The translations under genes were made by a program, and so were the position numbers. A stretch of 64,000 nucleotides of DNA from Chrysemys picta bellii (lineage: Eukaryota): assembly GCF_011386835.1 (NCBI RefSeq), contig NC_088796.1, forward strand, positions 84,568,001 to 84,632,000, in the 5' to 3' direction. Position 1 is the stretch's first letter. Each line of letters opens with the position of its first letter. This document shows, piece after piece, positions 25,758 through 38,399 of the stretch. The notes under the pieces are model-generated. The model did no database searches, had not been told where the DNA came from, and saw nothing but the letters and a program-made list of their open reading frames with translations.

Positions 25758-26841
25758 TCAGGGATGGTCAACGTATACTTGGTCCTGCCTCAAAGCAAAG
25801 GACTGGACTAGATGAACTCTCAAGGTCCCTTTAACCCTACATTTCTATGCTCAATATGATTCTTGATATTGAAACACTGAGTGATCCCTCATGTCCTCAT
25901 TCTTAAATAACTTAGCCAAATGGTATGTGGGCCTATGGGTGCTAGCTATCATTTAAATTAATCAAAGAAACATTGTTCAGGATATCTGGCCCTTATTTTA
26001 CGGAGATACTGTGTCCAAAATTTTTAAACTTGGTGCCTAATTTTTAAACTTTTAGGCTAAAAACAAAGGCCCTATCTTGAGACTTGCTGAGCACCTACAG
26101 CTTCTATTAAAGTCAAGGGAAGTACAGGTCACTGAACAACCATTTTTTCTTGGGAACACAAGTGATGTCAATGGGAGCTGCAGTTGCTCAGCACCTCTGA
26201 AAATCAGGCCACTCTTATCTAGGAGTCTACCTTTAGGCATGCAGGTTTGAAAATGTTTGCTTGTGTGTTAATTTTAAAGAAATATGGAATTCATAGTGTC
26301 TTGGTCACTGCCTGCACTGAATGATTTCTCCTGTTGGGTGACTGGAGTATACAACTAGAAATAAGGCTGCTCCCAGCAACATTAACTCAACCTCTTTAGT
26401 TCATTCTATGTATTGAAAGATGGAATTGCCGTATAGAGTGGTTTTCTAAAATGGTCATGCAGTGGCTGCTGCTGGCTACCCTGTAGGGGAAAATGCTACT
26501 GTGCAATTGCCTTTCCCATAGCTCCCTTCTCAACCACATGAGATTTCTGCAATTTTGCTCCCATTCACACCAAATAGCCGAGGAGTACACTGGAACCCAA
26601 GTGATAGTTACCATTTACTATGTAGGCTATGTCTACACTTGTGGCAGTGTGTAGTGTAGCCACATGCCACAGTGAAAAGATGGATGTGTCCACATTGTGG
26701 TTTATAACTACATGCAGTGAGGAAAGGCTCTGGCAGGAAGGAAACATAATTACTATCGAATTTGATAGTTATCAAATAAAAATGTGAAACACACATTTCT
26801 AAAGTTGAACTCTTTACTTTCCTATGGGTGAATCTTGTGCA

Positions 26842-26964
26842 TAGGGTGACCAGACAGCAAGTGTGAAAAATTGGGACGGGGGTGGGGGGTAATAGGCGCC
26901 TATATAAGAAAAAGACCCAAAAATCGGGACTGTCCCTACAAAATCGGGACATCTGGTCACCCTA
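26842..26964. mobile_element. Short hAT-type MITE
   Basis: TIRs tagggtgaccaga / tctggtcacccta; perfect 8-bp TSD cttgtgca. Confidence 0.92.
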
Positions 26965-27664
26965 CTTGTGCAAGACCATAAAATTTTGAATTAGCAAGTA
27001 ATTTTTCGATGAACCACTCTTATGGCTGAAGAAAACCTACAGTCCAATCAAGCTGAAATTTGCCACAACTGCTAATCAAGAGTGGGAAATCTTCCATATC
27101 CTGCAGCTGTGGAATGCAGAATTAAGCAAACTTTCCTCTAAATAGGCTGGCCTGTGAAAGTTGCAGTATACAACTTTTAGGCACTTAAACAATCCAGAAT
27201 GTTACCGATATATTTACTCATGAGTAAATTCTTCTACTGCCACTACTAGCTTTTGTTATTTATTTCATTTCTTTAATGGTGTATCCTTATTTAATTATTC
27301 ATGATTTTGTGTATTGCTTGATGCTATATCCAGTTTTGAACTCTGGGAGCTTTGTCTACAGAAAAAGACAGATGCCTATAACAACCCATTTAGTTTTTTA
27401 TTCTAATACTTGTTGAACGTGATCTCCAATTTTTAAGTTACCACCAGAATTCAGGCTTTTTAGCAATTCTCTTGAAATGGAAAGATTTGATTTTTCCTTA
27501 TGTGATTTAATTTTTCAAAAGTTGCTGATTAGCATGTGGAGTAATACTACAAGGATTCATTACTTAAGTGAACAAAATGTCCAAATAACAATGAGGAAGT
27601 GTGAGAGAATGACCTAAAGATTTATCAAACTGATGGCAGGGAAAGTTCTGAATTCTTTGCTTAC

Positions 27665-27743
27665 CAAAGTGTATGACCTTCTCTGGCACAAGGAATATGT
27701 CCATCATGAGGTATCCTTTCCCAAGTCAAATCAGTAAGAGTAA
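27665..27743 (-). CDS. Kelch-repeat protein, coding exon 4
   Basis: tatcaacAG acceptor, (I)TLTDLTWERIPHDGHIPCAREGHTL(C), GTaagc donor. 79 nt, phase 1 in, phase 2 out. Confidence 0.9.
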
Positions 27744-28607
27744 CTGTTGATAAATAAGGATATGTTTGATTATTAAAATCATTATCATTCTATAAAATGT
27801 AATTAGATAAACACACTGAAAAGTAAGTTTGAAAAGGAGTGTTATGCTTCAAATTCTCAATAATATTCTCTCATAAGGCACATTTACAACTAGTACACTT
27901 TTAAAAATAGACTTGCCTTATTCTCCCTGCAATCTTTTTATTTTTGTTTGAGAAAAAGATTGTGCTGCTTCCTGTGAAACTAATGCCCATAGTGAGCCAT
28001 GGAGTGTCCACCAGCTGCAAGAAGAAAACTTTGAGCTACCAGTCCCTTGCCCTTTCTCTCTGTCCTTCCAAGACAAACTCATTTCCTTTGCAATATGTCT
28101 GGCTGCAAGAAGTACAAGTCTCAAGCTGATAAACTTCACTCATGAATTTGGGCATTCTATTTGCTAGTAATTTGGCAGCAGCAAATTATACTAATATCAC
28201 TGCTCCAAAAATATAAAGAAATAATTAATCACAGCAGATCAGCAAATAGATTGTAAAATATATCTAAACAAGCTCACTCGGTAATACTCTAAGTGAGGAG
28301 ATGTTGGTTGATGATATTAAGTACATTCAAATCCATGGAGAATTATAATTATGCAGCTTTTGTTTCAGTACATCTATTCAAACCTAGCAGAACAGGAAGA
28401 AAACCTGAAATAATTTTTAAACTATTGTTAAGCAATTTTAGTCTTGGTCTCACTGCTTTTTGCAGTAACCCTTAACTATTTCTATGGTAATAACACGTTA
28501 TATGTATCACAAATGATCATCCTATCACAGTGAAATATGTGCAACTCCAAAAAGAGGAATAAACCTATGAGTATTTTGCCTGCCACAAAAGATGAAAAAT
28601 ATCTCAC

Positions 28608-28650
28608 TTGTCAACATGTAGAAGTCATTGAAATATGTTCGCTGATCATC
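28608..28650 (-). CDS. Kelch-repeat protein, coding exon 3
   Basis: Strong polypyrimidine acceptor ctctcccccAG, DDQRTYFNDFYMLT, GTgaga donor. 43 nt, phase 0 in, phase 1 out. Confidence 0.9.
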
Positions 28651-29005
28651 CTGGGGGAGAGAGACAGAGAAAGAAATTGAAGTTGATATATTTATTTTCA
28701 GGACATTAATAATGCCACCAAAGTAGAGAAAACCCTTTTAATTAAACAGTGACTGGTACAAGAAATAATACACAGATGGTTACCAGGGAGCAGTGGGTGT
28801 AGTACTGAAATACATCACAGCACACAATACATGGAATGCTTCTGCAACGATTCTTAAGTAAACATTTCTGAACTCAGAACAACAAACAGTAAAACTAGAT
28901 TTAAAATAAAAAGCACTAAATGATGTAACTGAATACAGTTCTACCACAAATTGCTCAGTGTTAACAGTTCAATAAATTATGGCAACGATATCCAGCTGCA
29001 CTTAC

Positions 29006-29078
29006 AAAGGTATTATAAATGGAACAGCCTCCAAATACAAATGCTATGTTGCCTGCCATTGTCAATGCATGTCCATGC
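29006..29078 (-). CDS. Kelch-repeat protein, coding exon 2
   Basis: catttttAG acceptor, (R)HGHALTMAGNIAFVFGGCSIYNTF, GTaagt donor. 73 nt, phase 2 in, phase 0 out. Confidence 0.92.
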
Positions 29079-31223
29079 CTAAAAATGAAACAGAACAATG
29101 GTGAATAATCTGAGTTGTTGACATGACTGCAATATTTTTTTCTTCTATCAAGGCTGTTCATTATGATTATTTGCCATTTATATTGTGGTAACAACAAGAG
29201 ATCTCAGCCAGGCCAGGGCTTGATTGTGCTAGATGCTGTACAAGAATCAGTGTCCCAAAGAGTTTATTGCCTAAATTACATACATGTCAGGAAAGGGAGG
29301 AGGAAGAGGATGGGATATCAAATAGTAGGATGTCGGTACAGACAAGCATAGGGCACAATTCATAGCCAATCAGTATCAGGAATCACAACTTGCCACCTGC
29401 CTAGCCATTATCCAATGCTAGTTTTCTGTATACATAGCAGCAGAGGTGAGTTTTAAGGAGGAACCTGAAGGTGGAGATTTTTCCGACACACAAGTAACAG
29501 TAAGGGAGAGAGCCTGAAATTGATTCTGGGAGATGCAAACTACTGAGGCTGTCCTCATTGGCAGAGTGAGGGCAGGGGGTTAATCTCACAACAAGATAAT
29601 AGGATGGATAGGTAAAGACAAAAGCCCTTCTCACTCAGCAGTGTGTCTTCCATCCCCCTCTCCATCTCCACTTTGGGGAAGCTTTGGTGTTCAATCTACC
29701 TCTTCCTCCCCCCCCCCCCGCCCATTGCAGATAATACTAGTGGTTGGCCTAGCACTTCCAGAAGTATCTCCACAGGGCTTTGATAGTGACACTAGAAGCT
29801 CTTTGTAATTTTTTCAGTCTTATTTATTCACACCTAGATATAGCTTGCTCTTAGGACTGTTTTATCCCATGGGCTCTCTAATGTCAAGGAAGAACTGAAA
29901 CTAATATAAGCAAAGTTTCTCTGGTATTAAGCAATTCAGGAGAGAGCACTGTAAACAGAGAACATGATTGTCAAAAATAGAAGAAAACACATTCTGCTGC
30001 ATGACTGGAATATTGGCACTTCAAACACATGAAGCAGCATTGTCCACTGTTGCAGATGAGAAAAGGAAATAAAAAAAATCCTTTAGATTATTATCACCAG
30101 TGTGTCCTTTTAGTTGCGAAGCCCAGGGACATAGTTGTTTTCCAGAGATGAATTGTTCAAATATAAAGAAGGTCCCTGCACAGCTTCAACTGTTATTAAG
30201 TATCCAAGTACAAAGATTATAAAATTAATGACCAAACAAAAATATTCACAGAATTTCAGTAGATTTAAAAAAAAAAATTTCACCAAGTGCCTGTGTGGTT
30301 AGTTTTATTAAATCAGTAAATAAGGTGATGGACCATTAGCGTCAAGAAAAGAATTCATTTTATACATTCTGTCCATAAACTCTTTGCCCCTGTCATTGAA
30401 GAAGTTCCTTTTTACAACTCCCCTACTCATCTCCTGGTTTTATCTAGAATTGATATGTCCCATTAATATTTTTCAAACAAATTAATGGTTGATAGGGAGT
30501 GGTTCAGGGATAGAATGATTCCTTCCCCAGTTTCTGCTGGAATATTACTTTGAAAACTATAGGTCTAATCCTGTAAACACATTTGCACACATGGACCCTA
30601 TCTTCAACATAGAGTCCTACTGGAATTTTGAGCTGAAGTAAGGGTTTGCATTCACAGTCCATTAGTGATATTGGACCTCTATGGCCCCAATCTAATAAAG
30701 CACTTAAGCATTTGAGTAACTTAATGAGACTATTCACACACTTAACTCTAAGCACAGGTGCAATTTTTTTGCAGAACTGAGCCTTAGACTACAAACTGTT
30801 TTGGTCACTGATTGTCTATTGTGTTTATACAGTGTCCAGCACCATAAACAAAAAGACAGCATAGCTATTTCCTATGTGTTTTAATTAGTAGAGAGGAAAG
30901 AAAAAATGAGTACGGTGCATATGGATCTTTATACTACTACAATATATGCAAATTTTCAAATATATTAAGCACATCTGCTTAACGCCATGAACTTTTTTAA
31001 ATTTTAGGAGGTAAATAAAGTACTCTGATATCTATAATAGCTAAAAAGAAATTGAGAGTTTTCTTCAGTGAGTGATGGATAGCTAAGGTACTCTGTCATA
31101 ATGCGTGAAGTGAAATAATAATAATCATTATCATAATTACCTTGTGTATACAGCCCTTATCTGGCAGGATCCCAAAGCACTTTACAAACCGCTTGTATAA
31201 TACTGACTAGCGGGTGAATGATT

Positions 31224-31267
<44 letters not shown>
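31224..31267. repeat. Compound (TG)n(TA)n microsatellite
   Basis: Read directly from the sequence. Confidence 0.93.
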
Positions 31268-31270
<3 letters not shown>

Positions 31271-31717
31271 CTTTTAAATGCAGTCCTTTTGCAGAGGAGG
31301 GAAGTGTGCAATATGGTAGCTATTCTGTACCAGTAATACCACATATTTTTGAAGTAAACATTTTGGAAACAAAACATAATTACCCAAACTGGAATTTGAC
31401 CAAAATAGCCTGGCTAAAATCCTTAACTGTTCAAAAATTATATTATGGGATCTTATGTAATCACAAGTGATCAGAATCTCAGTTTTATATTTCATCTGAA
31501 AGATATGTGATTTTTAATTAATGTTAAGCTGCAAAGGCAGATAGAAAATATAAAACACTGTTTGAATAACAGCAGATTTTCTTATTCATAGGCCAAATTA
31601 GGTGCAGCAACATGAACTAAATCCAACTCACCCTTTTACTGTATAAAAGTGAAACAGAAAACATGGTATTTGAAGGAGACTGATAGACAATAGTCAGTTA
31701 TTACCATTATAACATAC

Positions 31718-31779
31718 CTAGGGGTTGGGGAGTCTCCAATTACCTCTTTTCTAATCCAGTGTCCACTTGCTAATGCCAT
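31718..31779 (-). CDS. Kelch-repeat protein, first coding exon
   Basis: ATG at 31779, MALASGHWIRKEVIGDSPTP(R), GTatgt donor. An acceptor (tttttctgaatAG) 7 nt upstream of the ATG implies an upstream UTR exon. Confidence 0.85.
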
Positions 31780-32081
31780 CTTTGAACTATTCAGAAAAAT
31801 ATATATAGTCAGCAAGAAAATTCCAAAATGTATGAATGTTCTTGATTTTGTACAGGCATTTAAAAAGAATAGATTTAAAAGAAAATCGATAGCCATTAAT
31901 CAGTTGTATGTAATAGTTGTTTATGGTATTTCATATACTGCATAGTAGTTCTGATAGGTTTTCCAAGCTAAAAAACTCTACTTGGCATGAGAAAAAGTTT
32001 AAATACTGACAATGAATGAGTCAGAAGTATACTCCTCTTTTGTTATTCTTCCACTTATCAGCAACCCCATATTTCACTCAC

Positions 32082-32196
32082 CTGTTGTGCGTGTTTCTTG
32101 CACTCGTGTAGGAGATAATGACTGTTTCTGTAGGTTCAGTATGCTGCCAGAAATTAATCTCTGGTCCAATTTATTCAGCTCCAGTTCATTCTTTAC
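32082..32196 (-). other. Candidate 5' UTR exon of the kelch gene
   Basis: Consensus donor CAG|GTGAGT at 32082/32081 and possible acceptor at 32197. Spliced to 31786 it puts in-frame stops upstream of the ATG. Confidence 0.4.
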
Positions 32197-33084
32197 CTAC
32201 ATTGGTGACAGTTGCTATGACACAAAGGTACACAGAGAGACGTGCATACCTTACGTTATCTCTCTGATGCAGCATTATTTCCGGGTTACTGAAATACATG
32301 GCAGGTTAAACAGATACTTTACAGATGCTGCATTCATGCTGTTGCACGTGTTGTACTGCACTGTGATGAACCATCAGAGTTGCAGTCAGCAGCTGATTTT
32401 TTTTTATTTGGTTCATTTAACAGAGACTATGCTCTTGTTTATTATTAAATTAGTCTGAGGTACCTTATAAAACAGTAGAAACCTGTCATAGTGAAATAAG
32501 TCTACCACCAAATCTTGAGCTCTTGCATAAAACAGAAAAGATCTGGGCCTGTATACAGAGTTTCAGTATAAATGAAACTGTAATACATTGAAACGTTAGG
32601 ACTTTCATTTTACTAAATTAGAAGCAGTTTCACTCAATCCATGTTCACTGAAAATGAATTGCACTGTACATTGGTTGCTGTTTTGATTGTGATTATGATT
32701 TTAACTGAAGTCATTCCAGACCTCAAAATTAAAAATAAAATCATATTTGTTTCATTGTTTCAGTAGAATTAATTAATTCAGTAGAATTAATTCTCCAGTA
32801 TACACAACCGTTCTATTGCTTTTCGATATGAAGGAGATTGGCAATTTGGGAATTCTGTGATTGTTAAGCATGTTAGATAAATAATGATAACGGTAAAGAG
32901 ATCTCTCAGCTATAATAGGTGTATTTAGAGATCAAGAAATGCAAGTAATTTGCATTGTTAAGGCTACATACTGCGCTTGTTTCCCACAATTCATACTGAA
33001 TTAGAGTTGTATACATTGACTGCAGACTGAATGCATGTGCCTAAATATCTTGCTGAAAATGGAGCTTTGTCATTTCTCAGGTGG

Positions 33085-33964
33085 TGTGATAAATAAAGTG
33101 GGGGGATAGCTCCCTTGGATGGACACCCAGCCAGCCAGTTAGCTGTAAAATCCCTCCTCATAACTGTTCTTTACTTGCTTTACCTGTAAAGGGTTAAAAA
33201 GTCCCCCAGGTAAAGAAAAAAAAAGTGGGCTACTGACCAAAAGAGCCAATGGGAAGGCTAGAACTTTTTAAAATGGGGAAAGAAACTTTCTCTTTGTCTG
33301 TTGTTCTCTGGCCTGGAGGGACAGAACAGCCATGCTATAAGCAACTTAAGCCAGGTATGATCATAAATCATTAGATCATGCCTAGAACTACTTATCTGAA
33401 CTCCAAATGTGTAAGTAAATCAGAATGTTTAGCTAGACGCGATCAGGTTTATTTTCTTTATTTTGGCTTGTGGATCTCCTCTGTGCTAACCCCTCATGAT
33501 CTTGTTTAACCTTTAAGCTGAACCCCCAAGAAAGCTATTTTGGGTGCTTAATTTTTGTAATTGTTTCTTTTAAGATCTAGCAAAAAGCCTAAGATCCAGA
33601 TGTATTTTTCCCTTTTTCTTTTTAATTGGATTTTGAGTGTCCTAAGAGGTTTGTGCATGTTGTTTGATTAGCTGATAGCAACAGCTAATTTCCTTTGTTT
33701 TCTTTCTCAGCTCTTCCCTGGAGGGTGGTGAAAGGGCTTGAGGGTACCCCACAGGGAGGAATTCTCAAGTGGTCCTTCCTGGGTTCAAAGGGTTTTTTTT
33801 TTTTGCATTTGGGTGGTGGCAGTGTTTATCAAGCCAAGGTCAGAGAGAAGCTGTAACCTTGGGAGTTTAATACAAGCCTGGAGTGGCAAGTATTAATTTT
33901 TAAAATCCTTGTGGGCCCCCACTTCCTGCACTCGGAGTGGCTGAGTGGGGATTCAGCTTTGACA
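33085..33964. mobile_element. Solo LTR
   Basis: TG...CA termini (tgtgataa ... ttgaca) with a perfect 5-bp TSD ggtgg on both sides. Confidence 0.85.
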
Positions 33965-34899
33965 GGTGGGATTAAATAAAATTATTTCTTTTTCCAATGG
34001 GTCTTATTATTGGTAAAAATCACTACATTATAATCTCTTAGTGGGTTAGTTTTAATTCTCATGCATTTTTTTTTACCTGTTTGCAGTTCTCTGTGTGAAA
34101 GATAAGATTTTCAGTTGTTTTCTTTTTTAAATAAGTAAATAGACTAGTGATTTATCCCCAACTTAATTTAATTTTACTAAATTTAGGTGAGATAATGAAC
34201 CTATTTTTCATTATTCTTAAACAAACAAACACACAAAAAAGAAACAAGGAAATTACATTATTTATTATTTAGACTGCAGTGGCAGCTACAGTGGGCTCAG
34301 CATTTAAATATCAAAAACAACCTCCCTTATGTTCACGTAATATTATGGTTATAATTTTAAACAATCACAAGTTAGGAAATACAAAAGTAAATTTTCTCAT
34401 AACAATCTTAATGCACCCACAATAGTTTTTTTGCTTATCTTACATTTCTATTTTATACTGTTAGATGTTTATCTAAATTCCATCAACTAACATCCAGGCC
34501 ATGCTCCAGTGAGATTCTTCTGAAACTCAACCAGCAGGGGAGGCTAAAGAACATACACATTTATTCCTATTATTATTACTTGCACTGTGGTAGCCCCGAT
34601 CATGGATCAGAATGTTTTAGGCGCTATGTATACATACAATCAGTACTGGCTATGTACATAAATCGGTCATTTTTGCTTTATGAGCACCTTCATCAGCGTT
34701 GGGAGAAGGAAATAAATATTTCTTGCCCTGCAGAAGCAACCAAGATCACAGACCTCATGCGTTATATACTCAGATTACATAAATTTTGTTAAGACCTAGG
34801 TGAGCAGATATACATGAGAGTAGCATATGTTTTCCTTGTTGAAGAAAAAATGTATCCATTGCTTATGTTCCCCTTGCTCTTTTTCTTGCAAGGTGGAAG

Positions 34900-35230
34900 A
34901 GAAAAGATGGATCTCTAATTCCAACTTCATTTTGCCACGAGACTTTGTCCATTCCTTTTGAGTGAGGAGTGGGCCACAACGATCCACATGTTCATCAGGT
35001 CCAGGCTGGATTATTGTAACTTGAAGCTGAGTACATCACTGCTTTGTTTCACTTCCTCTATGGATTCTCAATTTGTGTCTTTTGCCAGTTCAGTGAATCA
35101 ATGATATCATCTTCATCCATGGCCTGCCAAGACAGCTGTGCTCAAAGGCTGAACTGGGGGAAAATGGTGTTAATGCTGTTCCAAGCACGACCCACTTGGG
35201 ACATTAAAGCAAGACATAACTTGCAGAAGA
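34900..35230 (-). mobile_element. L2/CR1-group LINE relic
   Basis: Degenerate similarity (ggctggattattgtaac motif) to recalled L2 ORF2 3' sequence. Confidence 0.3.
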
Positions 35231-37637
35231 TTGTATAGATTGTCTTAATACTATTTTTTGCTTTTCTTGTGCACTTTGATAAGCAACAATAGTTAACAAT
35301 GCAGACATGTAAATTATCATCTTAGGTTATAGCGTTAATATGGCATTGAAATGAACGAGTAGCCGTCACACCTCCCTGTCTGCAAACTTTAGCCAGCTAT
35401 CACTGAATTGGTTTATATTTTAAAGGTTATCTTCACAATCATAAAGATTAGAGATTTTAAAAATAATTATTCTGCAGCACAAGATGGCAGTCTGCAAAAA
35501 AAGTGCAGATTTGTAAGGCCAACAAAAATCAGCCAAAAATCCACCATGTGCTTTAGTCCTCTAGAATAATGCAGCTAATAAACCCAGAACAAAGTATATG
35601 GAAGCTAGAGACAAAATATTCTTGGAGGAAGGGGCTCAACTAGGGAATGAGCTACTAGAAGACGATTAGACCAATCTAGAGTCCAACCACTTTTTAGAAC
35701 ACACTGCAAGGCCCTCTTTTGTGATAAAGCTTTTCCACTGTAACCAGAATTATAATTTTATATTTTCTAAATAGAACTTCCTGGAAAACTTTGGAAGAGA
35801 TGAGCAAAGAGCAGAATACTTAATGAAGTCCACTACAAACTTCATCACAAAACAGACCTAACTTACTTGTGCAGAGCTTAGATACTACAGTTACAAGCAC
35901 TATAGAAAACTTTAAATTTACATACATAAACAAGTAGGACTCAATCCTGCAAGGTACTCAGTTCTTTCACACTGATCTAGAAAAGCTCTTAAGCACATGC
36001 TTAGCATCTGCTTTAGTGCTGTGCTACATTTAGAACTATCTGGTGAAGTCCTGGCCCCATGGAAGTCAATGGCAAACTATCCATTGATTAAATGGGGCAG
36101 GATTTAATGCGGAATGCTGAGCTCCTAGCAGGTGGAGCCATAGACTGTAATTGGTCAGGAAAACACACCAAAATCTCTGATACCAAAATCATTTTGACAT
36201 GGAAAAAGCCTTACAACTTCAAATTCCAGACTGAGTGCAGAGAATGGACTGTACTGTTGTTCTGAAATTAATCTAATTGCTTAGGACCTGTTTTCATAGG
36301 GGCTGATCAAATACTCAAGGTAGCCAATGGGAATCTTTCTATTGATTTCAGTTCGTATATGATCATGTCCATAGTGAGGCTATGATAATACTGAAAATTT
36401 CAAAGTACACTGATGACTTCAAGCAATACAAATTATAAACCTGAAATGGAAGGCAGAGACATCTGTGGCCAAAGTTTTCTAAACAGAGTGCCTAAAGGTA
36501 AACTAATAATTTCATATCTAAATAAATGTCTTAAGTTTCAAAAGTGATGACTGGCCTGAAGTTCTTGTGCTAATAAACATAAGGGGTGAAATACTGGCAC
36601 CACTGAAATCAATAGCAAACATCAAATTGACTTCAAGTGGGTCAGGAGATTGCTAAAATTGCATTTATGATTAAAAGAGAAGAAGTTAGTAGAGATGAGC
36701 TGGATCTGTAATTGCTGATGTTGTTATTAAAGTCTGATCCCATTACTTAGAACACAACAAAATGAACACACACAAAAGGAGGCAGGAGCGATGGAAGCCT
36801 TCCAAAACTGGGAGGCCACTGGCTCCCACCCCATGGCCCTGCCCACCGCATGCTCTCCCTTGTCCCCGAGGCCCTGTCCTCATGCCGCCCCTTCCCCGAG
36901 GCCCCGCCCTCGCACCGCCTCTTCCCCTCCAAGACCCTGCCCCCCATTCGCTTCTCTTCGCCCCCTCCCCACCATCATTCACCCGTACAGCCAGTAAAAA
37001 GTGGGAGGGCATAGCCATGGCAGTAGTAAGAACTTCTTAGAATGCATTTAATGCTTTCCTAATTACTCAACTTACATTCTTAGCCTATAAAACAAACATT
37101 CACTAGTTTCTTGGCAGTAATTTATTTCTTCCTTTTTTAATATGTTGGTTTTTTAAAGTTGCTCAGCAAAATGGCTAAGAGTAAGAGAAGCAATCAGATA
37201 AACATGATCAGGTTCATGGCCCTCACCTTCTCTTGAAGAAACAGAGTGGTCCTGAAACAGGACAGAAGGGTGGTAGGAAAAATTGGTGAGAAAAGGCCCA
37301 TTTCTCTCTCTCACCCACCTCAGGGCACACTCTCTTACAGGTTCAGGAAAGGAAAGGAAGAGATGCTGTAGATTCTAAGGGAAGAGAGAGAGCTGAAACA
37401 CAAGTGGACAGAGAAAGCCATTAGGGGACCCAGAAGGCATGGTGCAGAAAGTCTATTCAGTATTTTCTTAGGAGACCAGTTATAGAAAGTTACAACATCA
37501 AAGCATCATTAACTTGATTGCCCTACAGGTCTGACACAACCTGGGGAGTCCGGATGGATATGTGGCGTTGTACAGCAGCTCTCACACTGTCACTTGTTCA
37601 CATCATGGACCACATTTGAATTAGGGCACCATCCCAC

Positions 37638-38326
37638 TAGGGTTGCCAACCCTCCCAGTTTTGCCGGGACTCTCCCGGAATCAGGCTCTATTTCCTGGAG
37701 GCTACTGAAGGCAGACCAGGAGATTTTAGGTGTTAACTGTCCGGCGACGCAGCAGGGCTAAGACAGTCTTCCTCCCGGAAGCACCGAATCTACAGCTCCA
37801 TTGGCCGGGAACTGTGGCCAGTGGGAGTTGTCGAGGCGATGCTTGCAGCCGGGGCAGTGTGCGGAGCCCCCTGCTCCCCACCCCAGGGGCCACTGGGATG
37901 TGCGGCTGCTTTCGGGAGCAGTGCGAGGCCAGGGCAGGTAGGGAGCCTGCCTTACCCCCACTGTGCTGCTGACAGGGAGCTGCCCGAGGTAAGTGCTGAC
38001 CGGCCGGAGTCTGCACCCCGCACCTCAGCCCCCTACCCCAGCCCTGAGCCCCCTCCTGAAGCTTGCACCATGCACTCCCTCTGCACCCCAACCCCCTGCC
38101 CCAGGCTCAGCCCGGAGCCCCCTCCCACACTCGAAACACCTCGGCCCTAGCCCAGAGCCCACACTCCTCCCTGCACCTCAACATGCTGCCCCAGCCCGGT
38201 GAAAGAGAGTGAAGGTGGGGGCGAGCGAGCGACAGGGAGGGGGATGGAGTGGGGCGGAGCCTTGGGAAAGGGGCAGGGCATGGGGCGGGTGTTTGGGTTT
38301 GTGTGATTTGACAGTTGGCAACTTTA
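37638..38326. mobile_element. hAT-type MITE abutting the CpG island
   Basis: TIRs tagggttgccaac / gttggcaacttta; body related to 22782-23509; TSD degenerate. Confidence 0.75.
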
Positions 38327-38399
38327 TGTCCCGTGAACGTTTGTCTTCTCAGTGGCCATCGCACAGGCCACCCTGCTCTGCCGAGTCGCATCCTGGGGT

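Noticed and set aside
32012-32458. 148-aa + strand ORF
   Set aside because: No recognisable motif, no splice context, antisense to the kelch 5' region; treated as chance.
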